Of a stretch of 64,000 nucleotides of DNA, positions 1 to 9,365 are shown in pieces. The stretch is taken from positions 26,065 through 90,064 of the forward strand of contig CACHYW010000001.1 of assembly GCA_902584215.1 (NCBI GenBank), read 5' to 3'. The first letter of the stretch is position 1. The number at the start of each line of letters is the position of its first letter. Under the pieces are notes generated by a model. That model did not search any database. It saw only the letters and a list, made by a program, of their open reading frames with translations, and was not told where the DNA came from. The DNA is from an uncultured Pelagibacteraceae bacterium (GTDB taxonomy: Bacteria > Pseudomonadota > Alphaproteobacteria > Pelagibacterales > AG-422-B15). The position numbers and the translations under genes were made by a program.

Positions 1-814
1 AAAATCCAAGATCAAGTGAATAAGCAATTTTCCAGTTCTTAATATTCTCAAACTTATTAGGAATAATTTTTTTGGGTCTGAGTGAAGCAATATCATTTTT
101 ATTTGGACCACTCATAACATTTTGCATAAGGGCACAATCACTAACAGTTCTCGCAAGGGGACCAACAACGCAATACGGATCATGATTAAAAGGATAACCC
201 ATTGGATTTCTTCCATAGGGAGGTTTGTAACCAACGATTCCGCATGCCCCAGCAGGGATACGAATTGATCCACCTATATCACTGCCAGTTGCAAGTGATG
301 TACAACCCGACGCTAGTGCGGCAGCACTCCCTCCACTTGAACCTCCTGGTGTCATATCTAAGTTCCAGGGATTTCTTGTGACGCCATTCACTTTGGAATG
401 GCAGAATGATGTCAGTGAAAACTCTGGGTTAGTTGTGCGCGCATGAATTATTGCACCAGAGCTTACAAGGGACTCTACGTCTACATCAGTTCTTTCTGCT
501 ATTACGTCTTTATAGATTAAGCTTCCATTCTTATTAGGTTGTCCCTCTATATTAACTTCATCTTTAATTGCTAAAGGCAAACCTTCCAAAGGCAAAGTAG
601 ATTTATCTTCTGTATATTTTAATTCTGAATGTTTTGCTTCTTTCAATGCTTCTTCGAAGCGAAAAAAATTAAAAGCATTAATTTTTGGGTTTACATTTTC
701 AATTCTTTTTATTGTCTCATTTAAAAGCTCAACTGGAGACAAAGATTTATTTTTAAATTTTTCTAGGGCTTCAGAAGCTGATAAATAACAAATATCGAGG
801 TCTAAACTACTCAT
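1..814 (-). CDS. amidase-signature family amidase (GatA-like); the C-terminal part runs off the window
   Basis: Absent from the ORF track because there is no stop in the window. A reverse-strand ATG at 814..812 opens an uninterrupted frame down to position 1 (MSSLDLDICYLSASEALEKF...). It contains LAIKDE (catalytic Lys context) and the GGSSGGSAAALA...GSDIGGSIRIPA amidase signature. Confidence 0.8.
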   Translation of the reverse strand, partial: MSSLDLDICYLSASEALEKFKNKSLSPVELLNETIKRIENVNPKINAFNFFRFEEALKEAKHSELKYTEDKSTLPLEGLPLAIKDEVNIEGQPNKNGSLIYKDVIAERTDVDVESLVSSGAIIHARTTNPEFSLTSFCHSKVNGVTRNPWNLDMTPGGSSGGSAAALASGCTSLATGSDIGGSIRIPAGACGIVGYKPPYGRNPMGYPFNHDPYCVVGPLARTVSDCALMQNVMSGPNKNDIASLRPKKIIPNKFENIKNWKIAYSLDLGF

Positions 815-866
815 AAGATTATTTTATTTTAATTTATTAATTAATAAAATATATTGAATTCACACC

Positions 867-1961
867 ATGATTGATCAAAACATTAGAGACATTATTAAAA
901 ACCAAGACCCTAATAAAGGAATGGATCAGCTTTTTTTCACCAACAAAGCATTGTTTGATCTAAGTTATGAGGCTGTTTTTAAGAAACAGTGGGTATTTCT
1001 CACTCATCTATCTTATTTTAATGAAAACAATACATTTATTTATCAAATTAACGGTGGGTTTGTTGAAATAAAAAATTCTAAAGATAATAATTTAACTATC
1101 TCATCATCTTTGCCTGATTTCAAATGTCATTTAAAAGTTTATGAAAGCTTAATTTTTGTCAACTTTTCTGAAGTACCATATTCATTTGAAGAATTCATAA
1201 AACCACTAGAACCATATATTAAAATTCATGGCCTTAATGACGGTAAGATCGCATTTCAAAAAGACTTTATATTTAATGCTTCTCATCTTGCAACCATTCA
1301 CAACTTCAAAGAATGCGCGCATTGTTGGGGGGGTGAGTTTACCCATAAAGATTATTTAAGTGTTCATGGGGAGGCGTATTGTAATTCTTATGGAGCTGGG
1401 GTTGGCTCAGGAATTGAATCTCCTGAATTCAATCAACGTATAAAAGATTGGACATTTGAAAGTCAAAATAAAGGTTTGTTTGTTGGCGAGTACAGTGAAG
1501 ATACCAATAAATATTTTAGAATTGCAGAGCGCACTCCTTTACCTGAAGGCATTATGTCTGAGACAATGGATGGTAGCTATTCATGCTCTTCACTGATGGG
1601 GGACTTTAAAACCATAGGACCGGATCATGGTTATACCGCTATTGGTTTTAGCCCATTCAATAGCTTTGTTGCCAATAATGAATTTGTAATTCTTTTTTTA
1701 TTTACTCCTGTTAGTCAAAATAAAACAATCGTTACTCAATATTGGGTTACTCACAAAGATGCTGAAGTTGACATTGATAAAATGATTTTTCTTTGGGACC
1801 AAACATCAACAGAAGATTCCCAATTGTGTGAAATGAATCAAAAGGGTATTGAAAGTCGAGCTTATCAGCCTGGAAAGTATGGCGAACTAGAGACAAGCTT
1901 GGTTCAATATCAAAAGTTCTATCTAAGTCATTTACAAAATCACGTTAATGGACTGACTTAA
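867..1961 (+). CDS. ring-hydroxylating oxygenase alpha-subunit-like protein lacking Rieske cluster ligands
   Basis: 364-aa ORF. The C-terminal half carries an RHO catalytic-domain-style His-rich motif (NFKECAHCWGGEFTHKDYLSVHG). The N-terminal ~110 aa contain a single Cys (FKCH) and no CxH...CxxH pair. The family call is from motif memory only. Confidence 0.55.
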   Translation: MIDQNIRDIIKNQDPNKGMDQLFFTNKALFDLSYEAVFKKQWVFLTHLSYFNENNTFIYQINGGFVEIKNSKDNNLTISSSLPDFKCHLKVYESLIFVNFSEVPYSFEEFIKPLEPYIKIHGLNDGKIAFQKDFIFNASHLATIHNFKECAHCWGGEFTHKDYLSVHGEAYCNSYGAGVGSGIESPEFNQRIKDWTFESQNKGLFVGEYSEDTNKYFRIAERTPLPEGIMSETMDGSYSCSSLMGDFKTIGPDHGYTAIGFSPFNSFVANNEFVILFLFTPVSQNKTIVTQYWVTHKDAEVDIDKMIFLWDQTSTEDSQLCEMNQKGIESRAYQPGKYGELETSLVQYQKFYLSHLQNHVNGLT

Positions 1962-1975
1962 GTCAGGGATATAAA

Positions 1976-3346
1976 ATGGAAGTTGCTACACAAGCTGAAT
2001 TTGACGAAATATTAAGTCAGCACAATAATATTCAATATGTCGATGCAATCTTCACAGATTTATGTGGTTACGTAAGAGGAAAACGTTTTCCAGTCCTTGA
2101 AGCAAATAAAATTTTCTCAGATGGCGTTCTTCTCCCATTCTCCGCATTTTATCTGGATGTTCTAGGAGGAGTAACAAATACCTTGAATCTAGGTTGGACA
2201 GATGGTGATCCTGATGGTGTTCTGGTTCCTGTTAAAGGAAGTATTAAGCCAGTACCGTGGGATGAACGCTTCTTGCAAGTTTTAATCACAATGAGAAAAG
2301 AGCAAGAAAATTGGGGAGTAATAAAAGACCCATCAGAGGTTGACCCAAGAAATATTCTAAAAAAAGTTATGAAGAATTTTAAGAACACTGGATTGAAGCC
2401 AGTGGTTGCTTTTGAATTAGAATTTTATCTTTTAGACAAAAACAGAGATGAGTCTGGAAAACCAATACCTGCTGAAGGTGCTAATAAAACACATGTTTAT
2501 GGTATACCAGACCTTGATCTCTTCGGTAAGTTATTTGATGATATTAACAAGAATTGTGAGATGCAAAATATACCAGCGACTACGGCTTCTAGTGAATTTG
2601 CTGCGGGACAGTATGAAATTAATCTAAAGCACACAGGAGATCTTCTGAAAGCCGCAGATGATGCTGCTTTATTAAGACGAATTATTAAAGAGACAAGTGC
2701 AAGGCACGGCTATGAAGCAACATTTATGGCGAAACCCTTTTTAGATCAAACGGGTAATGGAATGCATCTTCATCTCTCCGTTTATGATGAAAATGAAAAA
2801 AATATTTTTGCTACTCCCAATCGTTACGGAAATAAAAAATTAAAAAGTGCTATAGCTGGTTTTCAATCAATGTTTTATGATAGTTTTCCAATCTTTATTC
2901 CAAATCGAAATGGTTACAGAAGAATAGAAACAAGAAATTTTGTTCCCGTTAATACAAGTTGGTCCTGGAATCGAAGAGACGTTTCATTAAGAATACCAGC
3001 TGGATCAGATGACGCAAAAAGAATTGAGCATCGCGTTGCTTCATCAGACGCCAATCCTTATCTAGTCCTAGCATGCTTATTAGCAGGGTTGCATAATGGT
3101 TTAGCTAATGAATTAACTCCGTCAAACCAAGTTGATTTTGATAATAACGAAGGAGCGGATAAAGAAGCTGATATTGATATGCCAAAAAATATGGACCAAG
3201 CGTTAGCGCGTTTCCAATCTTCCAAACTATTAAAAAAATATCTTGGGAAAGAATATCTTGATCTTTACACTGCTGCAAAACAAGGTGAAATTGATCATGT
3301 CGAGTCAAGTTTTGTTCCTCGAGAGGAATATGATCTCTATCTATAA
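1976..3346 (+). CDS. glutamine synthetase family protein (gamma-glutamyl-amine synthetase-like, PuuA/GmaS type)
   Basis: 456 aa with GS catalytic-domain motifs: FELEFYL, KPFLDQTGNGMHLHLS, NRRDVSLRIPAG...RIEHRVASSDANPYL. Confidence 0.8.
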   Translation: MEVATQAEFDEILSQHNNIQYVDAIFTDLCGYVRGKRFPVLEANKIFSDGVLLPFSAFYLDVLGGVTNTLNLGWTDGDPDGVLVPVKGSIKPVPWDERFLQVLITMRKEQENWGVIKDPSEVDPRNILKKVMKNFKNTGLKPVVAFELEFYLLDKNRDESGKPIPAEGANKTHVYGIPDLDLFGKLFDDINKNCEMQNIPATTASSEFAAGQYEINLKHTGDLLKAADDAALLRRIIKETSARHGYEATFMAKPFLDQTGNGMHLHLSVYDENEKNIFATPNRYGNKKLKSAIAGFQSMFYDSFPIFIPNRNGYRRIETRNFVPVNTSWSWNRRDVSLRIPAGSDDAKRIEHRVASSDANPYLVLACLLAGLHNGLANELTPSNQVDFDNNEGADKEADIDMPKNMDQALARFQSSKLLKKYLGKEYLDLYTAAKQGEIDHVESSFVPREEYDLYL

Positions 3347-3348
3347 TC

Positions 3349-4062
3349 ATGACTGAATTACTTTTTAACAATGATGCTTACCTCACTCAGTCTGAAGCAG
3401 TTGTTACAAACGTCGATCAAAACTCTATTCAATTGAATCGAACAATTTTCTACGCTGAGTCAGGTGGACAGCCGGGTGATCAAGGAGAAATCATCCTAGG
3501 AGATCAAACTTACAAAGTTATTGACACTCAGAAAGGTAATTCTCCAAATGATATTATTCATTTAGTCGAAGGTGATATTGATCAGAGCATCGTTGGTAAA
3601 GAATGTGAGATCAAGATTGATTGGGAATTGAGACAAAGTCATATGAGAATGCATACCTCATGTCACATTCTGTGTAGTTTGATTGATGCTTTAATTACAG
3701 GTGCTTCAGTTGGTGCGCAAAAAAGTAGAGTCGATTTTGATGTCGACCCGAGTTTGCTTGATAAAGAGGCAATGAATCAACAGATTGATGAAATTATCAA
3801 AAATAATTTTCCTGTATTCACAAAACAAATTTCTGGAGATGAATTTAGAGATAATCCCCATTTAGCAAAAGGCGCTGCTGTTAGCCCTCCCATAATTGAT
3901 AACAAAGTACAAATTGTTCAAATTGGTGAAGATAAAATTTTAGACATACAGGCGTGTGGAGGCACTCATGTGAAATCAACGGGTGAGATTGAAGGATTAG
4001 AGATTGGAAAAATTGAAAATAAAGGTAAAAGAAACCGAAGAGTAAACATAAGGTTTAAATAA
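3349..4062 (+). CDS. AlaX-like Ala/Thr-tRNA synthetase editing-domain protein
   Basis: 237 aa with the zinc motifs HxxxH (HMRMH) and CxxxH (CGGTH) typical of the tRNA-synthetase second additional domain. The start is 2 nt after the GS-like stop. Confidence 0.75.
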   Translation: MTELLFNNDAYLTQSEAVVTNVDQNSIQLNRTIFYAESGGQPGDQGEIILGDQTYKVIDTQKGNSPNDIIHLVEGDIDQSIVGKECEIKIDWELRQSHMRMHTSCHILCSLIDALITGASVGAQKSRVDFDVDPSLLDKEAMNQQIDEIIKNNFPVFTKQISGDEFRDNPHLAKGAAVSPPIIDNKVQIVQIGEDKILDIQACGGTHVKSTGEIEGLEIGKIENKGKRNRRVNIRFK

Positions 4063-4847
4063 TGACGAATATTCTCATCAGAAGTGATAAAAACTCAGTT
4101 ACTACTTTAAGTTTGAATGATCTTCCAGCAAATAGTCTAAGTATGCCTATGATGGGAGAAATTCAAAATCAACTAACAAATATTGATCATGATGACTCTA
4201 TTCGAGTTGTAATTATAAAATCTGAAAGTGATAAAATATTTTCCTCAGGACATAATTTAAAAGAGGTAAAAGGCTTTCTTGATAATAATGATACTAAATC
4301 TCAAGTTGAATTATTTTCAACGTGTTCCTCAATGATGAAACAAATTCAGGCTTTAAGTAAGCCAGTCATTGCGCAGGTCAGAGGTATTGCAACTGCAGCT
4401 GGTGCCCAATTAGTCGCCTCATGTGATTTAGCTTATGGTTCATTAGACTCAAAATACGCAACTCCAGGCGTAAATATTGGATTATTTTGTCATACACCTC
4501 AAGTTGCTGTCTCAAGGACAATCGGCAGAAAACCAATGATGGAAATGTTGTTAAGTGGAGAACCGATTTCGTCTGAAAGGGCTGTACAAATTGGATTGAT
4601 CAATGCTGCGGTTGATAGTGCAGATTTAGAAAAAATAGTTGAAAAGTCATGCAATGATATTTGTAATAAATCAGCTGCCGTTATTGCTATGGGAAAGAAA
4701 AGTTTCTACCGTCAAAGTGAAATGCCATTAACTGACGCTTATGACTTTACGAGTGCAGAGATGGTAAGGAATTTAACACTCAATGATGGCAACGAGGGAA
4801 TATCTTCTTTTCTTGAAAAAAGAGATCCAAACTGGTCTAACGACTAA
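4062..4847 (+). CDS. enoyl-CoA hydratase/isomerase (crotonase) family protein
   Basis: 261 aa. Crotonase-type segments are present (IFSSGHNL, AQVRGIATAAGAQLVASCDL). The start overlaps the upstream stop by 1 nt (TAATG). Confidence 0.85.
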   Translation: MTNILIRSDKNSVTTLSLNDLPANSLSMPMMGEIQNQLTNIDHDDSIRVVIIKSESDKIFSSGHNLKEVKGFLDNNDTKSQVELFSTCSSMMKQIQALSKPVIAQVRGIATAAGAQLVASCDLAYGSLDSKYATPGVNIGLFCHTPQVAVSRTIGRKPMMEMLLSGEPISSERAVQIGLINAAVDSADLEKIVEKSCNDICNKSAAVIAMGKKSFYRQSEMPLTDAYDFTSAEMVRNLTLNDGNEGISSFLEKRDPNWSND

Positions 4848-5746
4848 CGTCTAATTACATATTTATCAGGTACAATTTCTTTTTTGAGTATTTTTTCTCT
4901 TCTCAGAATAGTTAGTGACGAAACAATAATGAAAAATGCACCAATATATGTATTCCACGCAGGAATTTCATTCCAAATAAAATAGCCAAAGATTATTCCA
5001 TAAATCAAACTCAAATACTTTAAAGGTGTAACAATTGATACTTCAGCATTCTTGTATGCTTGAGTTAAAGCTAGGTTTCCAATACCTCCACTAATCCCAA
5101 CTAATGCCAACATACCAAAATCAAATAAAGACACAGGCCACCAATACCAGCCACCAAAAGGGATTGTAAATAGAGAAGCAATTATTCCGAAAATTGTAAA
5201 GTATAAAGCTATTAAGTATGTAGGCTCTGTTTCACTTAACTTGCGTATCGAAATTGCAACTATTGAAAAAAATATACAAAATAAAATTGGTAATATCATA
5301 TAAAAGTTAAATCCAGATGATGTTGGATTAACTATTACTAAAACTCCAATGAACCCAATTGCAATTGCAGTCCATCTCCTGCTTCCAACTATTTCTCCAA
5401 GAATGAAAATTGATAATAATGTACTAAAAATAGGCGATGCGAACGTAAGCGATACTGTTGTTGCTAGAGGTAAGAAATGTAAGCTTGCGTAGACACAAAA
5501 TAAAGCAATTGTTCCAGCTAAACTTCTAATGAAATGAAGTCCAGGCTTTGAAGTTGTTAATAGATGTGCCCATCGATCACGAGGTATTGTAAATACAAGA
5601 GGTATTAAGCCTCCTATCATTCGCCAAAATACAACGTAACCAACACTGTAATCTTCTGTAGTCCATTTTACTGCCAAATCCATTAATGCAAAGCCAGTCA
5701 CACTGACGAGCATAAAAAAAGCACCAACTTTTATATTATTTTCCAT
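4844..5746 (-). CDS. EamA/DMT-family transporter
   Basis: 300 aa and very hydrophobic, with about 10 TM segments in two repeats, typical of the drug/metabolite transporter superfamily. Confidence 0.8.
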   Translation of the reverse strand: MENNIKVGAFFMLVSVTGFALMDLAVKWTTEDYSVGYVVFWRMIGGLIPLVFTIPRDRWAHLLTTSKPGLHFIRSLAGTIALFCVYASLHFLPLATTVSLTFASPIFSTLLSIFILGEIVGSRRWTAIAIGFIGVLVIVNPTSSGFNFYMILPILFCIFFSIVAISIRKLSETEPTYLIALYFTIFGIIASLFTIPFGGWYWWPVSLFDFGMLALVGISGGIGNLALTQAYKNAEVSIVTPLKYLSLIYGIIFGYFIWNEIPAWNTYIGAFFIIVSSLTILRREKILKKEIVPDKYVIRR

Positions 5747-5805
5747 ATATAAAACGATCTAAGATTGCGATTACAAATATTAAGAATTAGACTAGCATAA
5801 AAATT

Positions 5806-6540
5806 ATGAACGTTTGGAAATATTTACTCGCTGCTTCTCTTGGCAACATGATTGCAGGTCCTCTCGGAGCATTGGCTTTTACAGCTGGTGCATATTTTCT
5901 TGGGAAGAAAAATAACTTTAGAAATCCTGGTGCAAATTTTAATACGCAGCAAGGTGTATATGCTCTCGGCTTAGTTGTATTGTGTGCAAAGTTAGCTAAA
6001 GCAGATGGGAGAGTAACAGATGACGAAATAAGAAAATTTAAAAAGATTTTTAAAATCCCTCAAGAAAACATGAAACAAGTTGGCGCTATCTGGAAGGAAG
6101 CTTCGCAAACAAGTGCCGGATTTGAACCATATGCACAGCAATTAAGGGACACTTTTAGCCGATCACCTCAAATGTTAGAGCAAGTAATCATAGGACTCTT
6201 TGAAATTGGCTATGCCGATCATGATTTATCTAATCCCGAACTAAAATATATAAAAAAAGTAAGTCAAATATTTGGAATTGATCAAGCAACTTTTAACAGA
6301 TTAAGAAATTCAAGACCTGAGTTTGTAAAGGAAGACCCCTACAAAGTATTGGGAGTTAATAAATCACAATCAACATCAGAGATTAAAAAGATCTATCGAA
6401 ACTTGGCTAGAAAAAATCACCCTGATATTGTTAGGGCTAAGGGTATTACTGATAAGAGTTTAATAACTAAAGCTAAAGAAAATTTTCAACGTATTAATGA
6501 TGCTTATGAACAAGTTCTAAAAATAAGAGGTGAAAAATAG
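5806..6540 (+). CDS. djlA: DjlA-like co-chaperone (TerB-like domain plus C-terminal J domain)
   Basis: N-terminal hydrophobic segment, a middle KADGRVTDDEI TerB-like region, and a C-terminal J domain DPYKVLGV...YRNLARKNHPD with the HPD tripeptide. Confidence 0.7.
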   Translation: MNVWKYLLAASLGNMIAGPLGALAFTAGAYFLGKKNNFRNPGANFNTQQGVYALGLVVLCAKLAKADGRVTDDEIRKFKKIFKIPQENMKQVGAIWKEASQTSAGFEPYAQQLRDTFSRSPQMLEQVIIGLFEIGYADHDLSNPELKYIKKVSQIFGIDQATFNRLRNSRPEFVKEDPYKVLGVNKSQSTSEIKKIYRNLARKNHPDIVRAKGITDKSLITKAKENFQRINDAYEQVLKIRGEK

Positions 6541-6944
6541 GCATAATTTAAATTTTTTTATCAGTTTAAATTAAATGACCACGGGATATACTTAGTTATG
6601 GAATTTTTGACATTTATAGCGGTTTGTATCTTAATCTATCTTGTATATTTAATCCGTCAGGATTTTAAGGACCATTCAGTGCGTATTGAAAGCCAAATGC
6701 AGAGAGTTACTGAAGTGGTTATCAAAAGCCAAGACAAAGACGAATAATATTTATTTTTTCTTACCCCAACTATTTCTTTTTCTATTCCTTATCAATGGCG
6801 GATAAGTACCAGTTGATAAGAAGATTCTGATAAATCTCCATTGTAAGAACCATATTTTTTTTAAAACCTGAAACATTTTAGGACTCTTGTTTAAATTAAT
6901 TATTTTAATTCAATATTTTGGCAAATTCATTATAAATAATCCCT

Positions 6945-7550
6945 ATGAACATCGATATTTCATCTTTTAATCAGTGGATAGAGGCTTGGAATCATTTTTA
7001 TGACAAAGAGAAAGAGCTGGTTGACTTGGACCCCAACGCTGCACTGGTGTCATCCGTGAGTAGTGATGGCAAGCCTAATGCTAGAGTTATACTTATTAAA
7101 GATGTCAGCCAAGAAGGTTTCATTTTTTATACGAATTATGAGTCACAAAAGGGAAAAGAACTTTTTCATAATTCAGAGGGACATCTAACATGGTACAGCC
7201 GTGCACAAGGAGCTTCAATTAGAGTTCAAGGAAAAGTCGAAAAAATAAACTCAAGCTTGTCTGATGAGTATTTTTCTTCACGTGATCGTAATGCTCAAAT
7301 ATCAGCAAGCATTTCAAAACAATCTTATGATGTTGATAGTCGTGAAGTATTGGATAAAGAATTTCAAGAGTTTGCAGATGCACATGAAGGAAAAGAAATA
7401 AAAAGACCCGATCACTGGGGAGGAATAATCATTATGCCTTCAAGAGTAGAAGTATGGAAAAGCAGAGATGATTATAAAACTCGACTGCATGATAGGATTG
7501 TTTTCACGCAATCAAATGATGCATGGATAAAGACCAGACTTTACCCATAG
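6945..7550 (+). CDS. pdxH: pyridoxamine 5'-phosphate oxidase
   Basis: 201 aa. PNPOx-type pattern (ARVILIKD..GFIFYTNYESQKG, HWGG, RLHDRIVF, C-terminal RLYP). Confidence 0.9.
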   Translation: MNIDISSFNQWIEAWNHFYDKEKELVDLDPNAALVSSVSSDGKPNARVILIKDVSQEGFIFYTNYESQKGKELFHNSEGHLTWYSRAQGASIRVQGKVEKINSSLSDEYFSSRDRNAQISASISKQSYDVDSREVLDKEFQEFADAHEGKEIKRPDHWGGIIIMPSRVEVWKSRDDYKTRLHDRIVFTQSNDAWIKTRLYP

Positions 7551-7562
7551 AGTTTCTGTGAA

Positions 7563-8069
7563 ATGATAAAAATATTTTTAATACTTTCTCTCTTTATTCT
7601 GTGGCTACCCAATGTATCAGCAAATGATCTGCCAACACCTCGATGGGTAACTTCAAAAAATACAATTAATTGCCGGGCATCTTATATCACAGATGAAGAT
7701 GGAAAAGCTATGGGTTCTATAAAATATCAATATGTAAAAAAATATTTTCCATGGGAAGTCGTTAGGAATATTGATGATCTCTGGGTTCAGGCTAGAGATC
7801 CTCTAACTGATGACTTATGTTTTCTTTTCAGACCAATTCTATCACCTAAGAGAGCAGCAATTACGAAAGAAGCTGTATTGGGTTACAATAATCCAATAGA
7901 AAAGAAGGTCGTGGCTAAAGTTGAAAAAAATGTACATGGCATGATACTCAAAGCTGATTCAGCTTTTATCTTGTTTGAGGTTTATTTAGAGGAAGAGGGT
8001 AAAAAAAGTAAATTCTATATTCCAAAAAATAAAGTTTTTGGCATTTATCCTAATGAAATCATCAATTGA
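7563..8069 (+). CDS. secreted SH3-like (DUF1058-type) protein
   Basis: Signal peptide MIKIFLILSLFILWLPNVSA, then LPTPRWVTSK...W.V....D.W, resembling the alphaproteobacterial DUF1058 SH3-like family. The call is from memory. Confidence 0.5.
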   Translation: MIKIFLILSLFILWLPNVSANDLPTPRWVTSKNTINCRASYITDEDGKAMGSIKYQYVKKYFPWEVVRNIDDLWVQARDPLTDDLCFLFRPILSPKRAAITKEAVLGYNNPIEKKVVAKVEKNVHGMILKADSAFILFEVYLEEEGKKSKFYIPKNKVFGIYPNEIIN

Positions 8070-8074
8070 GTGGT

Positions 8075-8103
8075 TTGAAAAAACGCTTATTTTCTGATAT
8101 AAT
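8075..8103 (+). promoter_or_regulatory. candidate sigma70 promoter of the LLM operon
   Basis: TTGAAA (8075-8080), a 17-nt spacer, then a perfect TATAAT (8098-8103). It starts 6 nt after the upstream stop and lies about 87 nt before the ATG at 8190. Confidence 0.45.
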
Positions 8104-8189
8104 CCTTACCTGAAGCGATACATAACTCACCATTAAAGGAAGCGGGATCGGTCGACTTTTTATTGTTAATTTAATAAAAGGGGAAGCTA

Positions 8190-9365
8190 ATGATTTTTTC
8201 TAAATTCCTAAACGCTACAAACTGGCATAAGCGTCCATATACTGAAATTCTTGATGAAGTCAGGGAGATTACAGATTATTTAGATCAAAATAGTAATTTT
8301 AGACAAGTATGGTTGAGTGAACATCACCTACAAACGACAAACAATTGGACAATGGAGTGCATACCCAATCCAATTTTACTGGGCTCAGATCTTGCAGCCC
8401 GCACAAAAAACATTCGCATCGGACTAGCCGCAGCTATCGCAACCTTTTGGAATCCTCTTAGATTAGCAGAAGATGTTGCGCTTTTAGATAACTTGTCATC
8501 AGGCAGGTTGGATGTTGGTCTCGGTCGAGGTGTATTTGGAAAAGAAGCTATCCACATGAACATTGAGGCCGATTTAAAAGATCAGCCAAAAAACTTTAGA
8601 TTGTTTGTTGAAACGCTAGACATATTAAAGAAGGCTTGGACGCAAGAATACTTTTCACATAAAGGTGAATTCTATGAGTACCCAGCTCCAGAATTTAAAT
8701 ATTCAAATCCACTGTTGAATGAAACATCAGATGTTGTTGATCCAGAAACAAATGTCTTAAAGAAAATTAGTATAGTTCCTAAACCGTTTCAAAAAAATCT
8801 TCCTTTATGGCAAGTAGTTGATAGTCCTAGTTCAATTGAGTTTGCTGCAAAGAATGGTCTTAATTGCTTGATGTGGCTACCAACAATTGCTTCCTTGAAG
8901 TCACGCTTTGAGATTTATGCAAATACTAAATCTGAGGTTGAAAAGAGAGATGTTCCTATGGGCGAGGGAATTGCATTGGTTCGTGATTGCTTTATTGCCG
9001 ATACAATGGAAGAAGCTAAAGAATTAGCGGGTGAGCATTTTTTAAGATATTTAGTATCTGTTTGTGGCGGTGGTAGAGGAGTAGGCATCTTTGCAAACCC
9101 TGGTGAGGAATTACCAAAAACAGATAATCCAATTGATCTTTTAACATACGATTGGATCCATCCGAGAAACCAATTAGTAGGTACAGCTGAATTTGTAATC
9201 GATAAAATTCACGAATTAAAGTCAGAATTAAATCTCCAGCAGTTGGCAATATGGTCAAATCCTCCTGGAATGCCTCACAATGCAGCGATGAAATCATTAA
9301 AATTATTTAATGAAAAAGTGGCTCCTCAATTCAGTGATGATAATTTAATTAAGAAAGTTTCTTAG
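8190..9365 (+). CDS. LLM-class (luciferase-like) flavin-dependent monooxygenase/oxidoreductase
   Basis: 391 aa. Luciferase-like pattern (WLSEHH, RIGLAAAI, LAEDVALLDNLSSGRLDVGLGRG). A purine-rich SD (AAAGGGGA) precedes the ATG. Confidence 0.85.
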   Translation: MIFSKFLNATNWHKRPYTEILDEVREITDYLDQNSNFRQVWLSEHHLQTTNNWTMECIPNPILLGSDLAARTKNIRIGLAAAIATFWNPLRLAEDVALLDNLSSGRLDVGLGRGVFGKEAIHMNIEADLKDQPKNFRLFVETLDILKKAWTQEYFSHKGEFYEYPAPEFKYSNPLLNETSDVVDPETNVLKKISIVPKPFQKNLPLWQVVDSPSSIEFAAKNGLNCLMWLPTIASLKSRFEIYANTKSEVEKRDVPMGEGIALVRDCFIADTMEEAKELAGEHFLRYLVSVCGGGRGVGIFANPGEELPKTDNPIDLLTYDWIHPRNQLVGTAEFVIDKIHELKSELNLQQLAIWSNPPGMPHNAAMKSLKLFNEKVAPQFSDDNLIKKVS

